Shown in pieces: positions 35,601 through 49,726 of a stretch of 64,000 nt of DNA (its first letter is position 1; each line of letters begins with the position of its first letter). This DNA is from Vicugna vicugna (Eukaryota). The translations under genes were made by a program, and so were the position numbers. The DNA is taken from the NCBI GenBank assembly GCA_013265495.1, contig MU058387.1, forward strand, positions 434,001-498,000. Reading direction: 5' to 3'. The notes below the pieces were generated by a model. It searched no databases, had not been told where the DNA came from, and was given only the letters and a program-made list of their open reading frames with translations.

Positions 35601-37907
35601 ACTTTGGATGAAAAATTGTATCATCACCTTAAATAATACAAAATTATCATAATTTTGGTTTAAAAATATCTCCTGTTTTTCCAGCAGATTCATTCCTTCT
35701 CTCAACTTTACTCTCCTATCACATGATGGTCACTTCTGCTTTAGGTGAGTATAGTAAACTCAGTTTTCTAAACAATGATTAACCTTCCATGGAGAGGATT
35801 AGAAAGGCATTTTAATCCATTTGTAAAGTAGGTTGGCATTCCCCTTCCCCCCAAAAAAAAATCAGGAGGAAAAAGCCTCTTTCTTCACTCATAGGACATT
35901 TTAAAGTCCGTTTTTACCATGTACCAATGTCTTTCACTGAAGCACCAAATCCCCCATGGAAACAAAGCCACTGGAATAAGTTCAATGTGGCAGGAGCACT
36001 GCGCACTCCCCAGATGTTTGCATTGCAAAGCCACACGAAAAAGCATCTTCTTTCCTACTCGCCAGCGTGTTTCAGCATCCCCACGGTCTGCCAAGATTAA
36101 TGGAGGTGTAAAAGTCATGCGTTCAACACCGAGTCTGTTTATTAAAGAGGGAAGTGAAGAGAAATAAGTGCCGGGAAGGAGCTGTTAAGAGGCAGGGTTA
36201 TTCCGTTGCTGATAAAACAGAGAAAAACATTTTTTTCTCCCCATTAGGAAGAAAGCAAGGATTAGCTAAATAGATCGATGTTTCCACTTTTATTTACAGG
36301 CTATACAGATACGTTGACTAGCATGATAAACGAGTACAACATTCAACAGTGGGGGGGGGTGGGCAGACTAACAGTAGCTCATGTATTTCTTCTTAAAAAG
36401 AAAAATTATTTTGGCTTCCCAAATGCCACTAGATGGCTTCAGTCTCTGTAGCCATATTTTATGATTAAAACTGGAAAATGAACCCATTGGCTAAACTTCT
36501 TGGCTCCCAGAAACACATCCATTGACTGCTGAACAGATTAATCCCCTTACCTGGAGTGGGAGACAGATAGATTAACTATATGGATTTTACCATTAAAACC
36601 AACAGAATGAGGCTTTGTCCAAAAAGAGGGAGTTTTCTCAACATGGACTCTATGTGGAGTCATTCCAGACCTCAGCGCTCCATGGTTGAATCTAGCAGGA
36701 TCTGCAGATGAGTACTGACTGGTAATTACGACTGTCCCATTAGTTTAGTGACACAAGAGCCATGCCGTCCCAAATCCTCTTGACAGATCCTTAAACATTT
36801 TCATGCGTCCCAGAACCGAAAGTCCCCAAAGTAATGATCAAAACAAACAAAACAAGACAGCATGGAAGCAGCAGCAATGCCCCAAAGAGGAGCACGCCTT
36901 CTCTTTTGTTTTAGAATAAGACGAAAACAACGTTCCGACCATCCCGGTCCCCCAAGAATCTCATGCCTTTAGACGTGGCTGCGAAGACGGTTTGGTGATA
37001 AACTGACCTTGCTTTACTAACTCAAAATTAGAATATACGGCTTGTTAAAAATAAGTCCACAATCAGAATATGAAAGCACAGGGCTATGTAAGAAAATTCC
37101 AGATGTGTGGTGATCTCAGACTGAGGTCTTTTTGTCCAAACACATCATTTTTTTAAAGCAGGAAATTGAGATGAGTCACGCAACTACGTATTGACTAGTC
37201 TGGAACCAAGAATTGCGTCCCCTGGTCTAATGAGGCTTTCTCCCCTTTATGCTTTATTCAAAAAAAAGTCCAAGTACCAATGCCATGAATTGATCAAGTA
37301 ATCAGAGCCACAAGGAGAAGAAAACAATGTTCACAGTCAGGGAAAATGCAAAGGTGGCTCCTGGCTGTAAATACCAGAGAGAAAAACCACAATAGGATGA
37401 TTTTCTTCTTGGACACAGCAGGGAAATAATCGAAGAGGAAGTCAGAACTATGCAAATGTGATTGGGTGTTGAATACGAAGGACAGATTCTGAGCAGGGGC
37501 TGGTGGCTGGGGTCTTAATCCTCGGTGGATTCCGCAGAGCTAAGAGAAGCGACATTCTTGCTTCGCAGGCATTTGCTGGGGTGAATGGCTATCAGTGAAG
37601 GTCAACAGACATAAAGGTGTTTGTCCTTTTACGCTCACTCTCCCGATGCTTTTGCAGAAACTAAAAGATTTGATTGGGAAGGCACTTTTTTTTTTCTTTC
37701 TTACTCTTTGTAGATTGTTGTGGAAAATCCTTGTTTTCCTTTAGTCCTTTTTTGCCCCAGTACATTCTGCAACTAAACATACTGCTAGCTCCCTTCCCAT
37801 ATTCGCTGAGAAAAGAGAAAGCTCTGAATGAGTGTTTTCAGGCTGCGGTTCAGTATTTTGGAATCATAGAACCTTTGAGCCAGAAGGGGGAATGAGAGGC
37901 CATTAGC

Positions 37908-38105
37908 CTACTGATTCTCAACAGGGATGATTTTGTCCCCCAGGGAACGTTCGTCCAAGTCTGGGGACATTCTGGAATCACAATTAGAATCACAATTGAA
38001 TGGGAGTGATAATACCAGCATGATCCCTTTGTAGAGCCCAGGGATGCTGCTGAACCCCCTGCAGGGCACAGGGCAGCCCCGAAACAGAGAGTCCCCCTGA
38101 CTGAC
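37908..38105 (+). mobile_element. MER20 hAT element
   Basis: ttctcaacagggatgattttgtcccccagggaac...tctggggacatt...gtagagcccagggatgctgctgaacccc. Confidence 0.85.
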
Positions 38106-39229
38106 AACAGCATCTCGCGTGTAGCCATTCAGTGAGGCTGCATCATGCTCCGCGATGTGGGGACCAAGCCTAAACACCAGGTCTCCTGACTCCCTTTCTA
38201 GTGCTCTTTTCCACAATCATTGGAACTACTGTGTGCTTTGTTCATTCTTGAGACTGGTTCGGGTTTTCTGTTTACAGTCCTCAATGTCTGTAAGAGGAGT
38301 GAACTCCATTCTATTCTCTCGGTTTGTTAAGCATCTCTGAAAATGACTCACTTGACTGCTTTTAAAAACTATTTAAGATAAATGAAGGGAACTGAGTTAC
38401 ACACCGTGCCCTCAGGGGACTCTCATGTGTGTCTAATGAAGGTGCATGCAGAAGGGATCTTAGGCTAATGTATAGACCTGCTGCTAATGAGATATTAAAA
38501 AAAATAGAGAGCAAGCATCTCAAACTGAAGACAAGGGGACTGAGAGAGGAAAACAAACTCACCTTCTCAAAATGTCAAGAGCCTGGAACGCAATTCTCTA
38601 GAAGGTTTTTCCTAATGAAATTCTCATAAACCGTGGGCTCACTCTTTCCTCAACTCTCCATTTTTGGCCTCCTGTGTGGGGAAGATAGACAACTGGTCCC
38701 CATTGTGTGAACCTGCATACTCACTCTTCCTTGGCCTCATGCAGCCACAAACTATGTAAATTCGTTGCTCAAAGAAGACTGTATCTCAACCAAATTGTAC
38801 TATTGGAAGTGTCAGAAGTCCCAGGATTTCAGTCCCTGATCTGAATTTTCTGGGTTGGTAATCTTATACTTTCCATTATATTGAAATCATGAAAAAGCCT
38901 CCCCTCCAAATGAGGCAGAAACCACATGAATTCCACATGTTTGAACACATTCACTTATTTTCTGGCCTCGCATGAGCCAAGGTCTTTCCAAGTTTCAACT
39001 CGTCAAATTAAGGAGAGTGCAAAATGAATTTTCTATTCTCTCCTGTGAGTGGCTCCTGAATCATCTCCAGATACTTACATTAAAAAAAAAAGTGACCTAT
39101 AGTTTAGCCTTATGTCAGCCTTTATAGAAACACTGATTATCATCTATAATGTACACCCCCAATACGTCTACTTATTGTCTCTTTCCCAATAAGCTACTTG
39201 TCTCTGATTATTCATAAGCAGTTTTCTGC

Positions 39230-39380
39230 AGAAATTATTAACAACCAGGGCTCGCAATTGATGACTGAAGTGGAGGGCAGTCTGTGGGGCTGAGCCCTTT
39301 ACCTGTGGGATTTGATGCCACCTCTGGGGAGATAGTGTCAGAATTGATTTGAATTGAGTTGAATTCTCAGACACCAGCTG
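39230..39380 (+). mobile_element. LTR fragment (MER21-like)
   Basis: gtctgtggggctgagccctttacctgtgggatttgatg...gatagtgtcagaattgatttgaattg...acaccagctg. Confidence 0.6.
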
Positions 39381-41453
39381 AATATCTCAGCTCTCATTCA
39401 CTCCCGGGCCTAACACGTAATAACACTCAACAAGCTATTTATTAAAGGAATGAAGCTGAATCCCCTGTTTCATGTTGGGCCTTTAGAGGAGGAGACTGAT
39501 GCTAGTTAACGTGTGATTCTTTAATTCCAAAGTACAGTGTTTGGCAAATATTTGGAGCACAATTAAATAGCTCCTGAAATGAATTATTCCAATTTATAAT
39601 ATTTCCAGTTTCCAGTATAAGACTTTGCCTCACATGGAAAAAAAAAGTTGAGAAAATGTCTACAACATTAAAAGCATTAAATAATAATAGATTGATTTTT
39701 ATTTTTTTGTTTCCAAAATGTTACATGGTATCTCAGTTTAAATGTCCGCTTTGAAATGTCATCCCTAGTCACTTCCTAGCCCTTCTCCCATCTTACCACA
39801 TATGCAGTGTGATCATGCAGCATGTCGAGCCTAGGTAGTTGCCTTGGACCAAGTCCTAGCTCTTTGCCCCTTAAGAGTTGTCATCAGATACAATGCTTGA
39901 TTCCTCTTGTCTGGCAGTTCTTTATCACTAGGTGGAGATAATGAGTGCATGCATTCACAGTAAATATTAAAGGTCTTAAGATAAAGCACACAGAGTAACA
40001 CATGGTACACAATAAATGTTATACAAATTAGCCATAATTCCCAAAGCATTCTGAACAATTTTCCCACAAATGTACAAACAGGTAATTACCAGACATTCCC
40101 ACATGCAGATTATAAAGCTCCATGAGGATTGTTTAATTAAGGAGTCTTTTCCCTTTTTACTCCAGCATCTTGCTCAAAGTCTAAAATATCACATCGTTCA
40201 TTCAAAACAACAAACATTCATCGAGTTCCATGTGCCAGCACTAGCCTCGGTGCTTACGTACCAAAAAAAAAAAAAGTGCAAAAATACGTGCCCTTGTGAA
40301 ATTCACAATAAGTGGAAGAGATAGAAAAGTAAATAGACCAAAATAATGAGATGCAACAAATGTAAATAAAGAGTGTAGGTTGAAAATTAGAAGAAAATGA
40401 AGGTGGTACTATGGGAGGGATAGGCTAAAAAGCTACTTAATCTTGTTGATGTGTGTAGGTGGCTATGCCTGTGGGATGGTGGGGGCAATGATGGGGAGGG
40501 GGCCAGGGGTGGATGGGTGGGGAGGAGGTGGGTGAGGCACAGCTTTTGCAAAGGAGGTAGCAGTTGAATTGAATCATTATAGGTTAGTAGGAGGCAAGGA
40601 AATGATCGATAGACTTTTTTTTTTTTTTGTGGCAGTGGGACCATTGAGGGGGCAGGTGAGGGTGACAAGAAGAACGTCTCTAGGTGGACCTAACAGATAC
40701 ACGACAACTCAGAGATAAGAAAGAGCATGATCCATTTCAAACACTGCATTTCTTTAGCTTTAAGTTACTACTAATAAGAAAAAGGTACAATGAATTTGTA
40801 ACATTTTGCTAGAGTAACTATTACTAAATGTATATTGTTTTCACTTTTTATTTTCTCAGTATTGGACTACAGCATACATTTATTCATTCAATCACTTTCC
40901 ACTCTCTTATTCAGAATCACAGTCAGCCTTTAAGTCTATCCTTTCATGATATTCACACACCAAAAATCACTGTGGACAGCTCCTGTTTATATATATCCTA
41001 ATGATCACACATTGCTTTTCAAAATCCTTGCTTATGACCACAGCATCTTTATCACATTTAAGGTTGAGTGTGTAGTGTGGAGGCATATAGAAGACTGTTA
41101 GTGCTTTTTCTGTTTCCTGCTTGTTAAAACTCATACTAAACATTCGTTTCTTGTAAATGATATATTTCTTAAATTATGTAGCTGTGGAAGTTGAAGGCCT
41201 ACTCTTGAAAACCAGATAAAAGCTTTAGACTGATAGTTATTCATGCGTGAGTGATAGTCCATTTCAGTATATAAACTGATCATACCAACTTTCCAAGCTG
41301 GGAAAATTCTGATTTATTTGAGACACTATTTAACTGCATGATTGTCATGTGATGAGAGCCTCCTCTAGAAACAAAATGACTTTTTGTTTCAGTGCTGGAT
41401 AATCTTTCAGCAGGGATCCAAATTCCAGGTCCAATTTAATTGGGTGCAGTCAT

Positions 41454-42050
41454 TGCATTAGTCAAGATCCAATCAGGAGAGAGAAACCACACAGTCATTA
41501 GAACAGGAAAATCTGAATATCAAGAATTATTAACTATAACAGTGGAGTCATTGTAAAAGAGACAACTCTAAAGAATGTTTGAGGACTGAGGGAAAGTACC
41601 CAAGGGAGGAACAACTTGGAAGGCAGAAAGGGGGTGCTGAGGGGATCCCCAAGGCTGATGTTTAGGTCTTATTGTAGAAGATGCTCTTGTGGTTGTACTG
41701 GATGGTGAAGAGGTTCTAGGGTTCCCAGGCCAGATCAAGTCAAGACAATGGGCAAGGAGGAAACTTCCTTCAGGGCAGGCAGGCCGAGGGAATCACGGGG
41801 TTGGGGCCAGGACTGCAAGCTCTTTGAGGGATTGCGTGCTAGAGAACAGAGCACCTCTGGCACAGGTACAGCAGAAGCAAGGAAAAACTGAAGACAGTAG
41901 CATACTATACCCAGGCAGATAGCCCGCAGTGCCTCCCTAGTACCTCTGCTGCAGGCTTAACACTGTGCTCCTCGAAAAGCATCAGTCCGTTATCACAGGG
42001 CAGGTCGGGAAAGGGTCCATTCTGATCTGAGGGACAATAATTTGACAACT
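41454..42050 (+). mobile_element. MaLR/ERVL-type LTR remnant
   Basis: Starts tgcattagtcaagatccaatcaggagagagaaaccacac, an MLT-like 5' end. Confidence 0.55.
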
Positions 42051-43834
42051 AGAAAGGCTGCTTATTCAAATGGCTCAACTGAAATCAACAGCAGAGGGCC
42101 CTCCTACCCATCGCTGGGTTAGCACATGCGCAAACCATGGGCACCAGAGGTCCTTCCCAACTTGTATTTAAAACATATCCCTTATTATAGAAAAATGAGA
42201 AAACGCAAGGCAGCGTGCATCACAGTATTAAGAACACAAGACACGTCCATGTGTCTGCAGCATAGCAGGACCTGGGGACAATCGAGACTGGAATCAGAAA
42301 GAGCTCATCAGTGGCTAGACCACGGACTGTTGCATATGCCCCAGAAAGGAACTTGAGTTTAACTTTAATTGATTTAGAGAACATGGTGGGAACTGTTAGA
42401 GGTCATCCAAGCAAGTGTGCCATTTTCTGTATTACAGGTCGCTAGGTAAAATCAGGCAACTAATTTTCACAACTGGAACGTCAAAGTAATGTCACTCGAG
42501 TTTAAGGCAAACAAGAGCTGGTGTAACTTCTCCAACCATATGGCGAAGCAAAGTTAGAGGCAGGGTTGCAGAATGGAAACAATCTGGGTCCCCGAGTCCC
42601 TTCTTGGAGCAGGTGATGTACAGAGGAGAGCGATCTGACCCATATTGGAGTGCCACATTAGTGATGAATCTGTATATTGCTCGTTAAGCCACTGAGATTT
42701 GGGAATTTGCTACTGGAGCATAGCCTAGTGCAGAATTTTAACCAGAGCAATAACATGATCAGATTTAGTATGGGAAAAAAAATTTTTTTTCAAATAAATG
42801 AAAGCTCACTTTAGTAAATCCTAATTGAATTGAAATAGAAACGGCTAGCTACAATGTATGTACTATTTGCCTTATTCCAACAGTATGTATTTTTTACTGT
42901 ATTTCTATATGCAGCTGCAATATCGTTGAGTTGTGGTGAGAGTAGTATCAACGAAATGGTACTGATAATGAAGAACTTTTCCTTGGTTTAAGAAATTCAA
43001 ATAACAAAAAAAAAGTCCAAAAACTTATGCATAACAGAAAAGGCATGTAACTAATGACCCTACTTGACGTATTGACCTGTCTTGGTGAACACTGAGCGCA
43101 TTCACAATCATGGTGGCTGAAGCAAGCTTTCTGGTGGTCACGGGGGAAGCATGATGACAGGAAGGGACGATGAGTGAGAATCAGCATGGCAGGGGCAAAG
43201 TGGTCGTACTGGTTGATAACTGGTTGAGAATGGTCCTAGTCTCTCTCCTGCATCCACACATGTGTTCTGTCCAGACACTGTTACACAGAGTTATCATATA
43301 ATTATTGTCCCAAACCAGGATGCCTTGGCACAAATATCTTTCTATTATTTATCACTGCAGTCATTGAGATCTAGAGGAAACAAGGGTCTTTTCAAAGGTC
43401 AAGGAGATACAAACACCTGAGAAAGGAATTTCATCACCAACATCTGGCTCAAGAGGGGTGGGCAAATATGACAAATGTTGTTATCTTATTTCACATCACT
43501 CACAGATATGATTTACTTCCTGCTACCAAAGTATTCCGAGATACTTATTGCTTTATTAAAACAGTATCTGTATTGTTAAATTGTAACAATCATTCATTAT
43601 TTGATTATAATTAATAAATACTATTTCTATTAACTTTCATCCTGTGTCCTTTCCCTTTGTTTTTTTGTTTTGTTTTGTTTTGTTTTTTCATTTTTAAGCT
43701 CTGTTTCTTGAACTGGCCCCAGTATAAGTTAAAACTCTGAACCAGTATTTAGGAGTATTTAAATATTTATATATTTAGACTTGTAACTGCATATTTCAGT
43801 AACATACCATAGCAACAGCAGACATTTGTACATC

Positions 43835-44050
43835 ACTACTTGGCACATTTAGAAGCACTTTACGCGTATTGATTTATTTTATCATCACAACAAACTTATA
43901 TACACCACAAGATAAGTACTATAATTATCTGCATGTAATGTGTGAAAAAAGTGAGGCACTGAGAGGTTATTGGTCCAAGCCACACAGCTATTAAGCTGAT
44001 GCAGCTAGGATGTGAACCCTGATAACTTTAATTCTACAATTCTTTCTCTT
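43835..44050 (-). mobile_element. MIR SINE
   Basis: aagcactttacgcgtattgatttattt...gaggcactgagaggtt...ccaagccacacagcta...ggatgtgaaccctg. Confidence 0.75.
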
Positions 44051-46857
44051 AATTATAGAATTTGGCCTCTCTGAGAGTCTAAGAAATAAAACAGCAACAA
44101 CATTATCACAAAGTGTAGCCTTAAAATTCTATTTAATCATCCTCCATCAAAGATTCTAGTAATTAGTTGGCCTTTCTTAAAAATATCTTTCTATTTACAA
44201 TCTTTGGGACACAGCATCTCTCTGAAAGTTTAAATGTAACCAAACTTCAGGTCATAATTTAGTCATTGGCACGTATTCAGTTTTTGTTTTGTTTTGTTTT
44301 GTTTCCCCAACGTTGCACCTCGCTGAAGTCTTTGAGATTTGTGACAGGGTTTAAAACGTCAAGTATACCTTGGTCTGATTGATTACTTAATGTTTGATTT
44401 TTTTTTCTTAAACAGAGGACCAGGCCAGAACTTGGAAATAGATTTTCACATGAAATTATTAGATTAGGGTAGCAGCTGTCAAGGTTGACACGTGTTCTTG
44501 GAAAGGGTGTTAGTCAAGACAGGCATCCTCTTGTTATATAATCTGAGGGTAAAATGACTTGTGAGTGTGTATTTTTTTAAATATATACTTATACATATTT
44601 ATATATGTCTGTTAAGAAAAAAGAAACAAAAAAATTCACCAACTGAATTCAGGCACACACAAAAACAATTGAAAAATTAGAATAATTCAGTAAAGAGGAA
44701 TGGAATCTTTCCGAGCAGCAAGTGCCCCGTGCCAGGTAGGGACTGGGGCTGGGGTGAAGCCTGGGCATGTGTCAGGAAGGGAAGCTTCTCAGCTGATGTG
44801 CTAAACCCTGTTCAAGTAGTTTGTAACGTTGCATTTTGACACTGGAAACTGCTTATGCTGGATAAATTAATTCATATGCATCAATTGTTCCATCACAATT
44901 CATGAAAGAGCCTGGAGTACCAGACTTAAACTGAGTATCTTTTCTATTATATAAAACAATAGCTTTTTAATAGGCTTGGATGGTTTGCTTTTAAGCAAGA
45001 GGATTATCATTAAATAACTAGACTAAAGAAAATACAAGCCATAGAGTTGACAGGTAATGTTACTGAATAGCTTGCCCATTTCCTTTTTAAAATGAGTAAT
45101 TGTAGGCTTTTATTGGTTTAGTTTTCATCTGTTTGAAAATGCTTTTCCCTCCTTTTTGGTGGGTTTGTTTGTTTTAAAGACCAGCACCACAGGGAGACCA
45201 GGAAAGCACAGCTTTTCTGAAAAGTCTTTTGTGTCTGTTCATCTCGGCCAAGGAATTAATCGCAGACCTGGTTGTTTGTCTGACAATGTCGATCTCTGAT
45301 TCTGTCACTCAAAGGAAAAGGGGGAACTTTCTCTTGGCATCAGTATTTCTGAACCTTCCCAGATTGAGTCGGAGACACTACTACTCTGAATTTTATTTTT
45401 TTTCCCTGGGAAGAAGGGCTACTTTTGACAATTCAAAACCATACATTATTAATATAACATTGATTAGTTATTTGAAAAGATTCCAAAACGAGGTGGAATG
45501 AAACCAAAAGTTTCTGAGTCTGGTCTTCTAGCATTGTTACATTTTCAGTTATGTTGCTTTTATTTTTCCTTTTCATACCCCTGCTACTGTTTCTAATCCT
45601 CATCTGTGCTGTTTTAAATACCTTTATTATAAAAAGGTCACTATGAACATAATAGTATCCTGAGTGTTGTGGAAGACAAGAAAGATGCAAATAAACATAC
45701 CTTATCCTATGATAACTTTAGTTAAGCATTGCATGTATTACTTTTAAAACTATAAAATAGGCTCAAAAAGCTACCTGATTTCACTGTCACAACTACACGA
45801 AGACTCATGTAAACCAGGGGCTCATCTGAGAAATCGCTTATTCAATTTGCAGTTAAAAAAAAAATGCTAGCAGAAAGAAACTATGAAACCCAATCTACTA
45901 GTCTCTTGTCCATAAAACTCATTCCTTTGATCTGAGAAGTAATGTAAACATCATATAAAGCAAAAAACTTAAAAGAAAAATGTCCCCAGTGTTAGCTGTG
46001 TAAAATCTCCATGTATGCATTGACCCTATAGAGAGGTTACAGATTCATTGATTAACTGTTGAGAATTATATTTTATTCCTCTGTGTTCTGAAGAATTTTA
46101 CCAGCTAATTTTAATTGCAAGCTTCTTTCCTGATTGAAAGCTCTCTGAGTTCAGATATCAAGTTTTATTTAGTAGGAGGCTATAATAAGTAATCAACAAC
46201 ATTTGTGTTATAAATAAAAAAAAACTTTTTCTTGTTAAGCGAGGCATGTGTGTTTCCCTCTAACTTCCTTCATGTTCTGCCAGGAAACTACCAATTTATT
46301 GTTCTCATCACAAAAATGAATAGAGGACTTAATTTGGGGGAATAGTCCAGATCTGAAACAATGATTTAGCATTTAGTGCGTGGTAGATAAAAATAGATAT
46401 GTGCTGAAAGAACGCTCAGTAATAATTGCTAATGGATTTGTGGACTTTTAAAAAGCTGTTGACAATTGGTCTTCACAATTTTTACTCCAGCCACTTGTGC
46501 AAATGTACTTACCTTATATTCGGGGAGGGGGGGACAATGTGCAGCATAAATCATAACCATTAGCTCCTATATGGAAAGCTGGGAGAAGCTCCTTCCAGGA
46601 AGCACAACATTGGCTCAGTTTCCTTCTTCTCCTGGTGCTCTAAGTGCTCAGAAAGTTTCTCTTGGTTTCCAGCCTTTCTGTTAATTGTGTTTGGCTAGCT
46701 CACCTAGCCTGGCCATCCAAGATCCTCTGATACTCAGACTTCTTGGCTGCCATCCTGAGCCCTGAACAAGTGACATGGACCACTGGCTGACATTCGCCTG
46801 CCTTTGGATGCTTTGTAGTTTGCTGTCCAGACGTCATCATGCTCAGCACACACGAGT

Positions 46858-46981
46858 CTGACCTTGGGGCCACTCTGATTGGCTCCCTCTGACCTTAGAC
46901 CACACTGATGGGGCCCCTTTGACCTGAGACGATTCTGATTGGTTCCCTCTGACCTTAGGCCACTCTGATTGGTTCCCTCTG
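46858..46981. repeat. 30-bp tandem repeat, four copies, carrying CCAAT boxes
   Basis: Unit approximately ctgaccttaggccactctgattggttccct; three of the four units contain ctgattgg. Confidence 0.9.
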
Positions 46982-47189
46982 TTCCCAAAGCCAGCTCTCC
47001 CTTCCTCAGACGCCTAGGCCCGTGGCTGGGTCTGTCTTGCTTTCCTGGCCGAGATGGGAGCTTGACTCACGGAGCTCATATGGAAATAGCTCTGTTCCTG
47101 GCCTGCACTGTATCACACCTTGTGCAAACACCATCAGAGAACCATGGGGATGGTTCACAGATTAAAGAATGAGAGTAATAAGAGAGAAC

Positions 47190-47480
47190 AGAAATTATTT
47201 AGCCTGAGAATGTGAAGTCTGAAGGACAGCTTAATAATGGTCTCCAATTATGGCAAAGGTTCTGTTAACATCTTAGTGCTGCAAATTGCAACCAGCTGTT
47301 TTTAATCTCTACCGAGGGCAGAAATCATGGCTATGAGTGTCAATTATAGCAAGAGATCAGGGTTAGGCATAAAAAATAATTTCCTGATGGAATCAGCTTA
47401 TGGCCGTCTCCATACAGACAGAAAATATGGAATAGCAGGAATTCAGTCTCGCAGTCTTCATTTCCTCTGAGTGAACAGGA
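47190..47480 (+). mobile_element. CR1/L3 LINE 3' remnant
   Basis: tttagcctgagaatgtgaagtctgaaggacagcttaataatggtctccaattatg...ggttaggcataaaaaataatttcctga resembles the L3 ORF2 end. Confidence 0.6.
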
Positions 47481-49163
47481 ATATTGAGCTCCTGAGTGAC
47501 TCGGGTTTTCAACTGGCTCATAGCAACCACGTTCAAGGTTACCTGCATTCCTGGTAATAAGAACAAAGATTGATGCTGACATGGACACTCTGAATTTCCA
47601 TTGGCTCCTCCCATTTCTCCAATGAACATGGGGCTTATTTTCAAGCATCCCGTATTACAAAATAGTCATTTAAAAAGAAAGCATAGTGCTAGCAGGGCAT
47701 TTTTCATTTGCTCATTTAAAAGGTATTCTTTATTTAGTCATTTATTCATTTGCAACTTAGAAGATACTCCCTAAGCAATCAGTGTTAGGCACTGTGGGAT
47801 AAGTGTTAATAAAAATATTACGTTGCGGTATCATTCTTTAGTTACCTTAACTGAAAATTCTTCAATCATTTATTTTTACTCTGTATACATTTATAAGCAT
47901 TATTAGGAGCTTAGTGCTTAGCTTAGTGGATGCTCCATCTGCAGAAAAACATTCTTTGACTCCTCACCTTCCTGTTTCTTTGCTCTCATTTTATTTATTT
48001 TTATTATTATATCAATTCATAGGAATTTGGAAAATCATTTTGAGGATTTATGATGATCTAATACATATCACTTATGACATCTGAGAACTAGGCTGGACAT
48101 ATGTCCATTTTCTTCTTCAAAATTACCCATAAAGATTGCATCAAACCAACACTCAGAAATCAGTAAAATCTATTTAAGTGTCCTGAAGGAGTATCACTCA
48201 TGCAGTCGACTGTGTTGTTATGCTCATGTTATTTCCAGCACTCTTAAGGCAGATAAGTTCCCTCTCACTAAGGCAAGTCAAAGTGGTACACAGTTCATTA
48301 CCATATAGAGAGATGTGTTCATCTCTGCCAAAAGACTTGCTTTGTTTTTTAGAAAATTCTGATTAAATCTATCACTATCAAAAAGCATCCTCTCTCTTCC
48401 TGCCTTGTACAGGTTTGTGGCTGAATGGATGGATTCTTTGTTCCAATGGTCCCCAGCATGACAGACTGCGGATCATCTAATAACGTGTGCCCGACTGGGT
48501 CACAAGCCCGACTCACTAGGCACTGAGAGTGTGTGCTCTTGTTTGTTCATCTAAAAACACCCCCTCCTCTGATTGCCTTGTTCCGGCTCAGGTTTTTTAT
48601 TTGTTTATTTTTGTTTTGTGCCCTCTTTCACTTCCATATCTACAACATGCCTCTCTTTTGAGTCTAAACTCTAGCCATCCCCCCGTAAGAACCTAGACCA
48701 AATCTCTAGAATGGTTTCAACTTTTTAGAGTTTTCAGGCTTGAGGCAACACCCAGCACCTTTTAAAAACTGCTAGATTGTCTCTAAAGTCTTTCCCAATT
48801 CTGGTAATCCATCAAAGCAAACCAGCAATTATAGTTGTGCATCCAGAAATGTGGTGCACTCAGATGCTTAGTAAGTTTCCAAGGAGATTCTGAGGCTCAC
48901 TCCAGGTTAAGGAACCTGCCATGGATATGAGCCTTTTTAAAATGACTCGATAGAAATGAATCTGTAAAGTTTCATTACAGTATTTCAGGATGTCCTGCCC
49001 TTTTATGTCAGAAATCACTGCTCTTCCAGTTCAGCTGGGCCTGCAGAAGTGTCCATCACTCCTGTGCTCCAGTCTGTAAGTCCCTGGCCACAGCTCTCCC
49101 TCATCCCTTCATGCTATAAGAAGTGAGCGCTTCTCTGCAATCTCTTGGGCTTGAGCCACACAC

Positions 49164-49726
49164 TGTTAGGCGGTTAGACAGAAATGAGCACCTGGTAAGG
49201 GAGAGAGGGAAGGGGACGAAGCAATACAGAAGATGACAGTACGCCTGTCCTCAGGATAAGGAACTTCAAAGAGTTTCACTTTCTCTAAATGAGGGCCAGC
49301 AAAGACACTGGTTAGAATCGAACGCTGAGGCTGTGCAATAGAGAGAAGGACGACTTAATTTGACCCAATGCTCATTATAATGCAATGAGCATTGTGGTTC
49401 GGGCCCCCTCCCATGGGTTTTTCTGTGTGCATTGTGGGTAAGAGCACGCACAAAGGGGACAAACCTTCCTGAGCACTCAAGGGATGTGAGCTGTCAATCA
49501 ATCACCAGAGCGCCCCTAAGCCAGGATGTAACACAGGAGAAACAAAGGCGTGGCCGCATTGTTCCTCTCTGGGGTTGGCCCGCCTGCCGTTACGCCAAGG
49601 AGCACCTTACTAACTTTTGCTCTACTAACAAACCCCTTTGCTTTATTAACACTTCCAGTCTCTCGTTTGAATTCTTTCTTTCGGGTAAGACAAGAACTGG
49701 GGTCTTTTCCCCTCCTTGTGGTAGCA
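49164..49726 (+). mobile_element. Relatively young ERV solo LTR
   Basis: Begins tgttag; CpG-retaining; U5-like tctcgtttgaattctttctttcgggtaagacaagaac; ends gtagca. Target-site duplication not resolved. Confidence 0.7.

Noticed and set aside
46858..46981. CRISPR-like array
   Set aside because: Eukaryotic DNA; head-to-tail repeats with no unique spacers and no cas genes.
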